Position numbers and translations under genes: made by a program. Below are positions 1 to 10,130 of a DNA stretch of 64,000 bases, piece after piece (the stretch's first letter is position 1; every line of letters starts with the position of its first letter). Below the pieces are notes generated by a model. That model saw only the letters and a list, made by a program, of their open reading frames with translations, was not told the DNA's origin and did no database searches. The stretch comes from Gammaproteobacteria bacterium. Lineage in GTDB: Bacteria; Pseudomonadota; Gammaproteobacteria; JBCCGL01. The DNA lies in the NCBI GenBank assembly GCA_965277715.1, contig OZ255836.1, forward strand, positions 2,304,001 to 2,368,000, in the 5' to 3' direction.

Positions 1-2
1 GC

Positions 3-527
3 CCGGACGGTGTCGGTACACTGCACATCGCACGCGGCATCGAAGTGGGACACATCTTCCAGCTCGGCACCAAATACAGCGAGGCAATGCACGCTAACGT
101 ACTCGACGAATCAGGCAAGCCCACGCCGATGTGGATGGGCTGTTACGGCATTGGCGTCACCCGTGTGGTCGCTGCCGCTATCGAACAAAATCACGACGAT
201 AAAGGCATTATATGGCCACCGGCAATGGCGCCGTTCCAGGTGGTGCTGGTGCCGATTAATATGCACAAATCAGCGCGCCTGCACGACGCCGTGGAAACCC
301 TTTACCAGGCTATGCGCACAGCCGGTATCGACGTGTTGCTGGACGATCGCAATGCGCGTCCCGGTGTGATGTTTGCGGATATGGAATTGATCGGTATTCC
401 ACACCGCGTGGTGGTATCTGATAAGGGGCTGGATAAAAACAGCGTCGAGTATAAAGGCCGTTGTGACGCCTCATCGCAGGACATTCCACTCGATCAAATC
501 ATCCAACACCTGACAGCACAACGCTAA
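3..527 (+). CDS. proS: Prolyl-tRNA synthetase, C-terminal part (gene begins before window)
   Basis: [26 protein letters not shown] motif 3, anticodon domain [22 protein letters not shown]. Confidence 0.97.
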   Translation, partial: PDGVGTLHIARGIEVGHIFQLGTKYSEAMHANVLDESGKPTPMWMGCYGIGVTRVVAAAIEQNHDDKGIIWPPAMAPFQVVLVPINMHKSARLHDAVETLYQAMRTAGIDVLLDDRNARPGVMFADMELIGIPHRVVVSDKGLDKNSVEYKGRCDASSQDIPLDQIIQHLTAQR

Positions 528-538
528 ACGGAGCGGAC

Positions 539-1543
539 ATGCCCATCGAAAAAAAATCCTTTATCTACCTCTCCCGTTCAACCCTTGAGGGGCTTGGTAT
601 CACCACCGAACAGGCTATTGGGCGGCTTGAAAAGTTAATTCTGGATAGTCGCGACCTGGATAGTAGCGACCTGGACAATAACAGCAAGAGTGTATGGAGT
701 GCGCCTAAAGCAGCCATATCAACCCATGATGGCCGCTATATGATGGCGACGCTCTCAGCCAGTGACGATCCGCAGTTGCTCGCGGTCAAATCCCTGATCG
801 TCAACCCGCGCAACCCACAGCGCGGGCTGGACAGCATCAACGCCACCATTACTCTGCTGGACAGTGATACCGGCTTACCGGTTGCCGTAATGGATGGCAA
901 CTGGGTAACCGCCGTGCGCACCGCTTGTGCCAGTGCCATTGCCGCCAAACGATTGGCCAATGAAGATGCCCGCTCAATCGCTTTTATCGGCTGCGGTGTA
1001 CAGGCACACAGCCACCTGAAAGTGTTTTGTGACCTGTTTCCTATCGAGGAAATTCGCGCCTTTGGGCGTGGCAGCAAAAACCGTGATGCCCTGTGCGCAA
1101 CCGCACAGGGTATGGGGTTGAATGCAATCGCCAGTGATACGCCACAGCGGGCAGTTGAAGATGCCGATATTATCGTTACTTCAATCAGCATAAGTTCCAC
1201 CGATGATCCCTTTATCGACGCACGCTGGCTGAAACCAGGCGCTTTTGCAGCGGTAACCGATTTGGCTATCCCGTGGATGGACGCAAGCATGACCGCCTTT
1301 GACCGCATTGTTATCGACGATCTGGCCCAGGAAATGGCCATGCCCAAACCAATGGTCGATACCCAGTTAGTGCAGGGCGATATTACCGGGCTGGTCAGTA
1401 ATACCGTCGAGGGCCGACAGCACCATAATGAGCGCTGTGCATTTGTATTTCGCGCCGTGGTGCTCGGCGATCTTGCACTGGCTAGCCTGGCGTATGAAAG
1501 GGCTTCTGACACATCGAGCGGACGGGCAATCGATACAGCCTGA
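539..1543 (+). CDS. Ornithine cyclodeaminase/mu-crystallin family protein
   Basis: DGNWVTAVRTA, Rossmann IGCGVQA, C-terminal DLALA. Confidence 0.88.
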   Translation: MPIEKKSFIYLSRSTLEGLGITTEQAIGRLEKLILDSRDLDSSDLDNNSKSVWSAPKAAISTHDGRYMMATLSASDDPQLLAVKSLIVNPRNPQRGLDSINATITLLDSDTGLPVAVMDGNWVTAVRTACASAIAAKRLANEDARSIAFIGCGVQAHSHLKVFCDLFPIEEIRAFGRGSKNRDALCATAQGMGLNAIASDTPQRAVEDADIIVTSISISSTDDPFIDARWLKPGAFAAVTDLAIPWMDASMTAFDRIVIDDLAQEMAMPKPMVDTQLVQGDITGLVSNTVEGRQHHNERCAFVFRAVVLGDLALASLAYERASDTSSGRAIDTA

Positions 1544-1573
1544 CTTTTTTGACGCTATCCACCAGGAACGACA

Positions 1574-1972
1574 ATGTCGCTTACAAATGGTATCAACCAC
1601 CTTGGCCTCGCGGTGCGTAACCTTGAAGATAGCCGCGACTTCTTTGTTACGCATTTAGGTTGGCAGGCGTCAGGCTATGACCCCCGTTACCCACGAATCG
1701 CCGTCAGCGATGGCGTGGTTCGATTAACCCTGTGGCAGATTGACGAAACCCAGCCAACCCACGACTTCAATATGCGCAGCAATATCGGCCTGCACCACCT
1801 GGCGCTGGAAATCGCCGATCAGGACACCTTATATACCCTGGCAGAACAATTGGCCGCTGTAGAAAATGTCACTATCGAGTTCATGCCGGAACCGATGGGC
1901 GATGGCCCGCGCAAGCACTTTATCTGTTATGAGCCCGGCGGTATACGTATTGAATTTACCTGGCCGGGATAA
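1574..1972 (+). CDS. VOC (glyoxalase/bleomycin resistance) family protein
   Basis: GINHLGLAV, GLHHLAL, EPGGIRIEF. Confidence 0.88.
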   Translation: MSLTNGINHLGLAVRNLEDSRDFFVTHLGWQASGYDPRYPRIAVSDGVVRLTLWQIDETQPTHDFNMRSNIGLHHLALEIADQDTLYTLAEQLAAVENVTIEFMPEPMGDGPRKHFICYEPGGIRIEFTWPG

Positions 1973-1981
1973 AGTATTGGC

Positions 1982-3172
1982 ATGTCTATACAGGAAAAAC
2001 TGCGCCGCATAGCGCTAGACCAACAAGGGCTGTTGAAAAACAAACCCTTCGGCAACGGCCAACAAGCGGTACTACGCGCACTCCAGCAGCTCGCCTACGT
2101 GCAGATAGACACGATCTCCGTGGTCGAGCGCGCTCACCACCATATATTGTGGTCACGCATTCCACACTACCAGCCAGGATTTCTGGAAAAATTAGTTGCC
2201 AGTAGAGCCGTTTTTGAATACTGGTTTCACGCCGCTTCCTGGTTGCCGATGCGTGATTACCGCTTCGCCTTGCCGCGTATGCAAGCCATCAAAGAGGGCG
2301 AGCGGCATTGGTTTGAAAACAGCGACAAAAAGTTGATGCGCCATATCCTCGACCGCGTGCGCGGAGAAGGCCCTTTGCGCACCCGCGATTTTGCCGATAC
2401 ACGCCAGGGGAAAAAAGAATGGTGGGACTGGAAACCCGCCAAACAAGCCCTCGAACAACTCTTTATGCAGGGGGAGTTGATGGCGAGTGGGCGGGAGGGG
2501 TTTCAAAAAATCTACGATATACCGGAACGCGTACTCCCCGAGTGGGTTGATACCCGCAAACCATCGCTGGATGAATACGCCAACCACCTTATCGATGCCA
2601 CCCTACAAGCACATGGCTTTGCAACGCAAAAAACCATGACCTATTTGCGCAAGGGTCGAGCGCTGCGTGAAGCCGTGAGCAAACAATTACAACAGCGGGT
2701 CGACGCCAAGCAATTGGAGGCAATCAGTTTGGCAGCGAATACCACCGCCTATATTGATGCTGAAAAACTGGCAACCCGCGCACCGAGAAGCAGCGCCACG
2801 GCAAAGATACTCTCCCCTTTTGACAATCTACTGATACAACGCGAACGGGCGCGCACTGTATTTGCGTTCGACTATCAAATCGAGTGCTATGTGCCTGCAC
2901 CCAAACGGCAGTTTGGTTACTTCTGCCTACCCATTTTATACCGCGACCAACTCGTTGGGCGGGTCGACTGCAAGGCACACCGCAAGGAAAAGCGCCTGGA
3001 ACTCAAATCACTCTATATAGAGAAGCCGGTCGATGATGGCTTTTCCTGTGCAATAGCTGCGACCATTATTGGCTTTGCCCGTTTCAACCAGTGCGATGAG
3101 ATTACCCTGACAAAAACACGGCCAACACACTGGCGGAACGAGATTAAAATGGCACTTGCAACCGACTTATGA
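1982..3172 (+). CDS. ycaQ: YcaQ/AlkZ family winged-helix DNA crosslink glycosylase
   Basis: VQIDTISVVERAHH (QxD motif), LSPFDNL, YVPAPKRQFGYFCLPIL. Confidence 0.9.
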   Translation: MSIQEKLRRIALDQQGLLKNKPFGNGQQAVLRALQQLAYVQIDTISVVERAHHHILWSRIPHYQPGFLEKLVASRAVFEYWFHAASWLPMRDYRFALPRMQAIKEGERHWFENSDKKLMRHILDRVRGEGPLRTRDFADTRQGKKEWWDWKPAKQALEQLFMQGELMASGREGFQKIYDIPERVLPEWVDTRKPSLDEYANHLIDATLQAHGFATQKTMTYLRKGRALREAVSKQLQQRVDAKQLEAISLAANTTAYIDAEKLATRAPRSSATAKILSPFDNLLIQRERARTVFAFDYQIECYVPAPKRQFGYFCLPILYRDQLVGRVDCKAHRKEKRLELKSLYIEKPVDDGFSCAIAATIIGFARFNQCDEITLTKTRPTHWRNEIKMALATDL

Positions 3173-4707
3173 CAACAACACGCCAGAATATACTGCTCAT
3201 TACCTCAGACCAGTGGCGGGGCGACTGTCTCTCTGCACTCGACCATCCCTGTATCCAAACACCACACTACGACGCGTTGATTAAAGATGGCATATTGTTT
3301 CGCAACCACTATTCAGTGTGCGCCCCCTGCGCCCCTGCACGTGCCAGCCTGCTCACCGGCCTGTACCAGCAAAATCACCGTGTAGTGCGCAATGGCACGC
3401 CATTGGATCACCGTCACACCAACCTCGCCCAGCAACTGCGCGCCGCAGGCTACCAACCGACTTTGTTCGGCTATACCGATACCAGCCTCGACCCGCGTGT
3501 GCACAGCGAAACCACCGTCACCCGACACGGTTACGAAAATATACTGCCAGGGTTTGACGAAGGCCTGCTATTGGTCGAAGGCGACCCACAGCCCTGGTTA
3601 CAACATTTACGCGATCAAGGCTATGATTTTGCAAACGCAGACCAAGCCTTTGCCGCTGTTGAAAACTACCCAGGCAGTGCAGCACGCGGCAAAAGCTTTG
3701 CCCCACCCAGGTTTCGTGACGAGCACTCACAAACGGCGTTTTTAACTCATAAAACCATTGAGTATATCGATACAGCGGCGCCAGGGTGGTGTGTGCACCT
3801 CTCATACCTGCGACCACACCCTCCGTTCATTGCCACTGAACCCTGGAACACACGCTACCACCCAGATCAAGTACCGCTCCCCGTGCGCGCACCACAGGTT
3901 GAACAAGAAGCCGAACACCCCTGGTTAAAAGCGGCACTCAGCGATCAGGGTGATTGGTTTGCAGCGTGGATTCGCGACGCCATCGGCAGCGAACACTACG
4001 AGCGGGAAATGCGCCAGCTGCGCGCCACCTACTATGGGTTGATCAGCAAGGTCGACCACGCTATTGGCCAGTTGATCGAATACCTAAAAGCCACCCATCA
4101 GTACAACAATACCCTGATCGTACTGACCGCCGACCATGGTGAACTACTGGGTGATCACTGGTTATTTGGTAAGCGCGGTTATTTTGATTCCAGCTACCAT
4201 ATCCCGCTTATTATCCGTGACCCACAACAGACAGACAACTTGCGCGGGCGTATCGAACCGGCGTTCACCGAATCGGTTGATGTTATGCCGACAATTCTCG
4301 ACACACTGGGACTCCCCATTCCGAGGCAATGCGATGGCCGATCACTGCTACCGTTTTTAGCCAACGCCCCGCCGAAAGATTGGAGAAAGGAATTGCATTG
4401 GGAGTACGATTTTCGCGATGTAAGCAATGATGCACTGGAAAAAACATTGGGTATCGAAATGGACGAGTGCCAACTAAACGTAATTCGCGACCAGCATTAC
4501 AAATACGTCCATTTCACGCATTTACCGCCGCTAATGTTCGATTTGGAAAAAGATCCGCAAGAACTCAACAACCTTATCGACCACCCCGACTACGCCAGCA
4601 TAGCGCTCAGCCTATCGCAAAAAATGCTGTCGTGGCGTATGCGCAACGATGAGCGCACACTGACACATATCGACGTATCGCGGCAAGGAATCTACCGGCG
4701 AACATAA
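3169..4707 (+). CDS. Sulfatase-family hydrolase, phosphonate monoester hydrolase (PehA)-like
   Basis: DQWRGD, CAPARASLLTG formylglycine motif, ADHGE, C-terminal YKYVHFTHLPPLMFDL; overlaps ycaQ stop (ATGA). Confidence 0.85.
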   Translation: MTTTRQNILLITSDQWRGDCLSALDHPCIQTPHYDALIKDGILFRNHYSVCAPCAPARASLLTGLYQQNHRVVRNGTPLDHRHTNLAQQLRAAGYQPTLFGYTDTSLDPRVHSETTVTRHGYENILPGFDEGLLLVEGDPQPWLQHLRDQGYDFANADQAFAAVENYPGSAARGKSFAPPRFRDEHSQTAFLTHKTIEYIDTAAPGWCVHLSYLRPHPPFIATEPWNTRYHPDQVPLPVRAPQVEQEAEHPWLKAALSDQGDWFAAWIRDAIGSEHYEREMRQLRATYYGLISKVDHAIGQLIEYLKATHQYNNTLIVLTADHGELLGDHWLFGKRGYFDSSYHIPLIIRDPQQTDNLRGRIEPAFTESVDVMPTILDTLGLPIPRQCDGRSLLPFLANAPPKDWRKELHWEYDFRDVSNDALEKTLGIEMDECQLNVIRDQHYKYVHFTHLPPLMFDLEKDPQELNNLIDHPDYASIALSLSQKMLSWRMRNDERTLTHIDVSRQGIYRRT

Positions 4708-4782
4708 GTAATGTAATCCCCAAAGCCCTTTGTTGAGCAGCGGCTATGGATGGCGCATTTTGGGTCACTGACTGCAATATCG

Positions 4783-5059
4783 CTCCCTAAAAACGCAGGT
4801 GCTTTACCGATTCCCCCGAATCGATCAGTTCACGCAGGGCATCAATGCCGATTTTCAAGTGTGTTTCAACATGATCAGCCGTCACCTTGTCGTCGCTTTT
4901 AGCGGTTTTGACCCCCTCCGGCTGCATGGGCATATCAGACACTAATAACAAAGCACCGTGAGGGATTTTATTGGCAAAGCCGACGATAAACAGGGTCGCG
5001 GTTTCCATATCGATAACGGATACGCGGATCTTCTTTAGGTATTCCTTGAACACCACATC
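4783..5059 (-). pseudogene. Duplicated 3' end of amn (277 bp, about 95% identical to 5912-6188)
   Basis: Direct alignment by eye with about 14 mismatches; encodes only the last ~89 aa. Confidence 0.92.
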
Positions 5060-5125
5060 ATTCGCTTCTTAACGGAACAGTTGCGATGTTGTACCCATAT
5101 TTAGGGGTACATATTAATTTTGCCA

Positions 5126-5530
5126 TTATCTAAAAGGGTTGCAAATACGCAGCTTTTTTTCAATCATTAAGTTGTGTTGCATATCTTCCGAATATAATAT
5201 TTCGCAATTCGTAATCAGTGCAACTGATACAATCATTGCGTCATAAACACTCAGTTGATAACGTTCTGCTAGAAATCTACCTTTATCATGCGCCTCAAGC
5301 GTTAACGGTTTTACGGTGCATAAAGAGCATATCAGTAACAAAAATTCATTGATTTTCTCCCACGGCATGGAGAACTTGCGGCGAGTTACGTTGACGATTT
5401 CATTCAATACCAGAACACTGATTATCCCACCGAGCTTGACAGTGGCTTCAGCACGGTTAGCTTTCTCTTCGTTATCTGATAGTAGGTATAATAAAATATT
5501 GGTGTCGAAAAACACCTTAGTTGCGCGCAT
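5126..5530 (-). CDS. vapC: PIN-domain toxin (VapC)
   Basis: VFFDTNILLY, LNE, YDAMIV, LYSEDMQH; start MRATKVF overlaps the antitoxin stop. Confidence 0.92.
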   Translation of the reverse strand: MRATKVFFDTNILLYLLSDNEEKANRAEATVKLGGIISVLVLNEIVNVTRRKFSMPWEKINEFLLLICSLCTVKPLTLEAHDKGRFLAERYQLSVYDAMIVSVALITNCEILYSEDMQHNLMIEKKLRICNPFR

Positions 5531-5750
5531 TGGCGTATTCCCTGTCAAATTTAAAATCGGCAGGTAGTTTCCCTCGAAACGACCGTAACCGTGCAAGTAA
5601 ATCTTCGTTATCGGTTTTTTTTGCTATTTGGAAGACTCTCGTATCCGCCACCACAATTTCAATATCATCCCCCGGACGTAGTTCCAATGCCTGCACAACT
5701 GGATTAGGCAGCCTGACGGCCAGACTATTGCCCCACTTAGAAACTCGCAT
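5517..5750 (-). CDS. vapB: AbrB/MazE-family antitoxin
   Basis: MRVSKWGNSLAVRLP swapped-hairpin signature. Confidence 0.92.
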   Translation of the reverse strand: MRVSKWGNSLAVRLPNPVVQALELRPGDDIEIVVADTRVFQIAKKTDNEDLLARLRSFRGKLPADFKFDREYANARN

Positions 5751-5763
5751 GATATTCTCTTAA

Positions 5764-5786
5764 GATATACATTATGAATGTATATC
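5764..5786. promoter_or_regulatory. Palindromic operator for vapBC autorepression
   Basis: GATATACATT-atg-AATGTATATC perfect 10-bp inverted repeat 13 bp upstream of the antitoxin start. Confidence 0.7.
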
Positions 5787-5915
5787 ATATCCTCGTGATA
5801 CCTCAACGGGAAGCCTTCTTTAAAAGAACAAGGGGTTAAATATATTTAATAGTATTTAAAATATGCTATGACCCTGAAATGTATACCCAATCAATCATAA
5901 CCGAAGAATTACTCC

Positions 5916-6686
5916 CTAAAAACGCAGGTGCTTTACTGATTCCCCCGAATCGATCAGTTCGCGCAGGGCATCAATGCCGATTTTCAAGTGCATTTCGACG
6001 TGATCAGCCGTCACCTTGTCGTCGCTTTTAGCGGTCTTGACCCCCTCCGGCTGCATGGGCATATCAGACACTAATAACAAGGCACCGTGAGGAATTTTGT
6101 TGGCAAAGCCGACGATAAACAGGGTCGCGGTTTCCATATCGATACCGGCTACGCGGATCTTTTTTAGGTATTCCTTGAACGCCACATCGTGCTCCCATAC
6201 GCGCCGGTTGGTGGTGTACACCGCACCTGTCCAGTAGTCCCGCTGGGTTTTTCTAATACTGTGCGATACTGCCATTTGCAGGCGAAACGATGGCAGCGCC
6301 GGAATTTCTGCGGGCATATAGTCATTGCCAGTCCCCTCACCGCGAATCGCGGCAATCGGCAGGATAAAATCACCAATGGCGATTTTTTTCTTCAGACCAC
6401 CGCATTTACCGAGAAACAACACCGCCTTGGGCCGGATAGCGCTGAGCAAATCCATCACCGTCGCTGCCAGCGGGCTGCCCATACCAAAATCGATAATGCT
6501 GATGTTGTTAGCAGTGGCCGATTGCATGGGCCGCCCTTCACCGGCAATAGGCACAGCGTAGTATTGGCTAAACAATTCCACGTAGTGGTGAAAATTAGTC
6601 AGCAGAATATATTCACCAAAGGTCGATTTTTCCACTCCGGTATAGCGCGGCAGCCAGTTGTCGACGATCTCGCTTTTGGTTTCCAC
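5916..6686 (-). CDS. amn: AMP nucleosidase (short ~256-aa type)
   Basis: NWLPRYTG, LFLGKCGGL, AAIRGEGT, TTNRRVWEHD, DMETAT; GTG start. Confidence 0.92.
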   Translation of the reverse strand: METKSEIVDNWLPRYTGVEKSTFGEYILLTNFHHYVELFSQYYAVPIAGEGRPMQSATANNISIIDFGMGSPLAATVMDLLSAIRPKAVLFLGKCGGLKKKIAIGDFILPIAAIRGEGTGNDYMPAEIPALPSFRLQMAVSHSIRKTQRDYWTGAVYTTNRRVWEHDVAFKEYLKKIRVAGIDMETATLFIVGFANKIPHGALLLVSDMPMQPEGVKTAKSDDKVTADHVEMHLKIGIDALRELIDSGESVKHLRF

Positions 6687-6731
6687 AATCAGTTGTCTCT
6701 GTAGGGCGATAAACCCAATAGCGGGCGGATG

Positions 6732-7916
6732 CTACTTCTTAATCTGTAGCTTGCGCGGCACATCCGCCAGGGTTTCGACCCCGGTTTCGGTGATGCGGAT
6801 GCTCTCGGTAATTTCCAGCCCCCAGTCGTCCACCCACAGGCCCGGCATAAAGTGAAAACACATATTGGGCTGTAACACCGATTGATCACCGGCGCGAAAG
6901 CTCATGGTGCGCTCGCCCCAGTCTGGAGGGTAACTCATCCCAATCGAATAGCCTGTGCGGCTCTCTTTTTCAAACCCGTGCTTTTTCAGCGTGGCGAAGA
7001 AGGCGTTGGCAATATCTTCACAGCGATTGCCCGGCCTGGCGGCGGCGAGGCCGACCTCAACGCCTTCCAGCACCGCCTGCTCGGCATCGAGCATTTTTTG
7101 TGGTGGGGTGCCGAGGTAGATGGTGCGTGACAGCGGGCAGTGATAGTGCCGGTGCACACCGCCCAGCTCAAAGAACGTGCCTTCGTTAGGGCGGATGGGT
7201 TTATCATCCCAGGTAAGGTGGGCAGCGCTGGCGTCGATACCCGAGGGCAATAATGGCACGATACCGGGGTAGTCCCCCCCGTGGCCTTCGGCGCCGACGA
7301 TGCTGGTGTGGTAGATTTCAGCCACCAGGTCATTCTTGCGCATACCCGGTTCAAACAATTCCAACACGCGGGCGTGCATTTTTTCCACAATACGCGCCGC
7401 GCGTCGCATATACACAATCTCCTGCTCTGATTTAATTGCCCGCTGCCAGTTGACCAGGCCCGTGGCATCCACCAATGTGGCGTTTGGCAGCGCCTCACAC
7501 AAGCTTACATAGGCACGGGCGCTGAAGTAGTAGTTGTCCATTTCCACGCCGATACGCAGCGCATCCCAACCACGGGCGGGGAGCACTTCTTCCGCCATCC
7601 AGGTCATCGCGTGTAGAGGTGGGTTTTGCACCAGGTGATCCGGGTAGCCGATGATGTTCTCGTGTGCCATAAACGTGGTGCGTGTGGCGCCCACCGCGTC
7701 CATACCCCGGCCAACGTATACCGGCTCGCCCTGCATCGCCAGTAACACACATTCGTGTGTGTAAAAAGACCAGCCATCGTAGCCGGTCAACCAGGCCTTA
7801 TTTGATGGGTCGTAGACTATCAGCAGCTCCACCCCGGCCTGCGCCATCGCGGCGCGGGTTTTGGCGATGCGTTGTTGGTATTCCCCGTGGGAAAAGTTTA
7901 GTTCTATATCGGGCAT
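6732..7916 (-). CDS. doeA: Ectoine hydrolase DoeA/EutD (M24 peptidase family)
   Basis: WLTGYDGWSFY, VNWQRAIKS, GGDYP, YPPDWGERTMS, HFMPGLW. Confidence 0.88.
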   Translation of the reverse strand: MPDIELNFSHGEYQQRIAKTRAAMAQAGVELLIVYDPSNKAWLTGYDGWSFYTHECVLLAMQGEPVYVGRGMDAVGATRTTFMAHENIIGYPDHLVQNPPLHAMTWMAEEVLPARGWDALRIGVEMDNYYFSARAYVSLCEALPNATLVDATGLVNWQRAIKSEQEIVYMRRAARIVEKMHARVLELFEPGMRKNDLVAEIYHTSIVGAEGHGGDYPGIVPLLPSGIDASAAHLTWDDKPIRPNEGTFFELGGVHRHYHCPLSRTIYLGTPPQKMLDAEQAVLEGVEVGLAAARPGNRCEDIANAFFATLKKHGFEKESRTGYSIGMSYPPDWGERTMSFRAGDQSVLQPNMCFHFMPGLWVDDWGLEITESIRITETGVETLADVPRKLQIKK

Positions 7917-7962
7917 TATATTTTTTCTCTGTGTTGATGTGGCAACCACTACCAAATAAGGA

Positions 7963-8451
7963 TTACAAGGCCAGCACCCCCTGCCGGGCGCCCTCCAGGT
8001 TCAATAAAAAATGCTTGGTTGGCAGTCCGCCTCCAAAGCCCGTCAGGCGGCCATTATGACCGATGACCCGGTGACAGGGCACAATAATGGGGAGTGGGTT
8101 GCTGCCGTTTGCCGCCCCCACCGCCCGCACTGCCTTGGGTTTGTCTATCTGCCGGGCAATTTCGCCGTAACTGCGCGTTTCACCGTAGGGAATCGTTTGC
8201 AGTGCCTGCCACACAGCGCATTGAAATGCTGTGCCGACCGGCGCCAGGTCGAGTGAAAAAACCGTTAATTCGCCGTCGAAGTAAGCGCGTAACTGTTCTA
8301 TGGCGGCGGCAAAGAGTGCCGTCGACTCGGCCCAGTCATCGCTGTGTACCCGCTTTTTATGGCCCTCTGGGAAGCTGAGTATCCTCAGACCTGCATCATC
8401 CCCCGCCAGTAGGAGTTTGCCCACCGGGCTATCGTAGTAGGTGTAATGCAT
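7963..8451 (-). CDS. ogt: Methylated-DNA--protein-cysteine methyltransferase
   Basis: RAVGAANG, VPCHRV active site. Confidence 0.95.
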   Translation of the reverse strand: MHYTYYDSPVGKLLLAGDDAGLRILSFPEGHKKRVHSDDWAESTALFAAAIEQLRAYFDGELTVFSLDLAPVGTAFQCAVWQALQTIPYGETRSYGEIARQIDKPKAVRAVGAANGSNPLPIIVPCHRVIGHNGRLTGFGGGLPTKHFLLNLEGARQGVLAL

Positions 8452-8496
8452 ATTGGCCTCCCCTGATGTACAGTTTTGTTCATGTAATTGCGGTGA

Positions 8497-10125
8497 TCAC
8501 TCAGACAGTGATGGCTCGGGCACACCCTCTGGAAACAGGCCGCTATTGACCATAATAGCGGTAATTTGCTGCGCTTCGGGTAACTTCATTTTCATCGTGG
8601 TCGCTAAAGCCTTTAGCAAAAGCTGCCGTGCCTGGCTATCGTCACCAGGGATTGCCCTTACAATTAGCAACATGGCTATCTTGGCCTGGGTAATGGCGAT
8701 GGAGCGCACATCGCCCAGACGTTCATACACCGGCAATTCCTCTTCCCTATGAATCCGCAACGCCTCATCAAGCTGACCCCGTGCCTCCAGGGTGTCCGCA
8801 ATCTGGCCTTTGGTGACCGCGATGGAACGCACATCGCCCAGGCGTTCATATATCGGCAGTTGATCCTCCTCACGGATCCGCAACGCCTCATCAAGCTGAC
8901 CCCGAGCCTTCAGGATATCCGCAATCTGGCCTTTGGTGACCGCGATGGAACGCACATCGCCCAGACGTTCATACACCGGCAGTTGATCCTCCTCACGGAT
9001 CCGCAACGCCTCATCAAGCTGACCCCGAGCCTCCAAAATGTCCGCAATCTGGCCTTTGGTGACCGCGATGGAACGCACATCGCCCAGACGTTCATACACC
9101 GGCAGTTGATCCTCCTCACGGATCCGCAACGCCTCATCAAGCTGACCCCGAGCCTCCAAAATGTCCGCAATCTGGCCTTTGGTGACCGCGATGGAACGCA
9201 CATCGCCCAGACGTTCATACACCGGCAGTTGATCCTCCTCACGGATCCGCAACGCCTCATCAAGCTGACCCCGAGCCTCCAAAATGTCCGCAATCTGGCC
9301 TTTGGTGACCGCGATGGAACGCACATCGCCCAGACGTTCATACACCGGCAATTCCTCTTCCCTATGAATCCGCAACGCCTCATCAAACTGACCTTGTATG
9401 CGTCTGATGGTAGCCAGTCGACTCATGGCGTAAGCATTACTCAGCCGATCATCAAACTGCATGGCAAGATCACCCGCGAGATTGGCTACGGCTTCAGCGG
9501 TAGGGATGTCTCCCAACGCCAGGTGGATATCCACCTTTTCAAGCAACAGGGTAATCTGTTGGTGTGATGCCTCCCGGTCATTGAGGTAGGTTTCAAGCAC
9601 TTGCAGGCGCTGTAATTTTTCCTCTTTATCGATGATATTGACATTCTCAATCGGCTTCAGGTCTACGGGTGTTGTCCCGGTAATCAACTTAAAGTCGAGT
9701 ATCGCCGTTCGCCAGGCCCATAGATCCGGTGCCTGATGGGCAAAACGCGACAATTCGTCTGGGTTCAACCATAGCAAAATACTGGTTTTAAGCGCCTCGG
9801 CCAAGGCTTCCCGCCCATAGTTCAACCGGGCGAACAGTTGCTTGCCACCATGCTGTCGCAGCACTTCGCCAATGCCGGTAACATGCAGTACTGTGGCCTG
9901 TTTAGCCTGTTCAATCAGGGTACTAATAAAGGCCTCTGACGGCAGTGCTGCCGGGATTTCCCATAGATGGGTAGGCAGGGATTGTTCAGCGAGTTTTTTT
10001 TGCAGGGTGTCTACATAGCCCGCGAAGTTGTGCTCGATAAGGATTAGCTGGAATTGGTGGTGATGTTTTAGCAGGCGTTGCAGCCGAATGTAGTCACCGG
10101 AGTGGTAGGTCTTTAGATCGGCCAC
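8497..10125 (-). CDS. TPR-like repeat protein with degenerate NTPase-like N-terminal domain
   Basis: N-terminal LNYGRE...LLWL...APDLWAWR domain; six 41-aa helical repeats. Confidence 0.8.
   Translation of the reverse strand: MADLKTYHSGDYIRLQRLLKHHHQFQLILIEHNFAGYVDTLQKKLAEQSLPTHLWEIPAALPSEAFISTLIEQAKQATVLHVTGIGEVLRQHGGKQLFARLNYGREALAEALKTSILLWLNPDELSRFAHQAPDLWAWRTAILDFKLITGTTPVDLKPIENVNIIDKEEKLQRLQVLETYLNDREASHQQITLLLEKVDIHLALGDIPTAEAVANLAGDLAMQFDDRLSNAYAMSRLATIRRIQGQFDEALRIHREEELPVYERLGDVRSIAVTKGQIADILEARGQLDEALRIREEDQLPVYERLGDVRSIAVTKGQIADILEARGQLDEALRIREEDQLPVYERLGDVRSIAVTKGQIADILEARGQLDEALRIREEDQLPVYERLGDVRSIAVTKGQIADILKARGQLDEALRIREEDQLPIYERLGDVRSIAVTKGQIADTLEARGQLDEALRIHREEELPVYERLGDVRSIAITQAKIAMLLIVRAIPGDDSQARQLLLKALATTMKMKLPEAQQITAIMVNSGLFPEGVPEPSLSE
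8690..9392. repeat. Intragenic tandem repeat, 123-bp unit, about 5.7 copies
   Basis: ATCCGCAACGCCTCATCAA recurs at 8753, 8876, 8999, 9122, 9245 and 9368; central units essentially identical. Confidence 0.97.
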
Positions 10126-10130
10126 GGTGC

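Noticed and set aside
4783-6188. Diversity-generating retroelement TR/VR pair
   Set aside because: Mismatches are not adenine-specific and no reverse transcriptase is present
8690-9392. CRISPR array
   Set aside because: Contiguous in-frame 123-bp coding units with no unique spacers and no cas genes
8749-9567. 272-aa plus-strand repeat ORF and other long antisense ORFs
   Set aside because: Shadows of well-supported genes on the opposite strand
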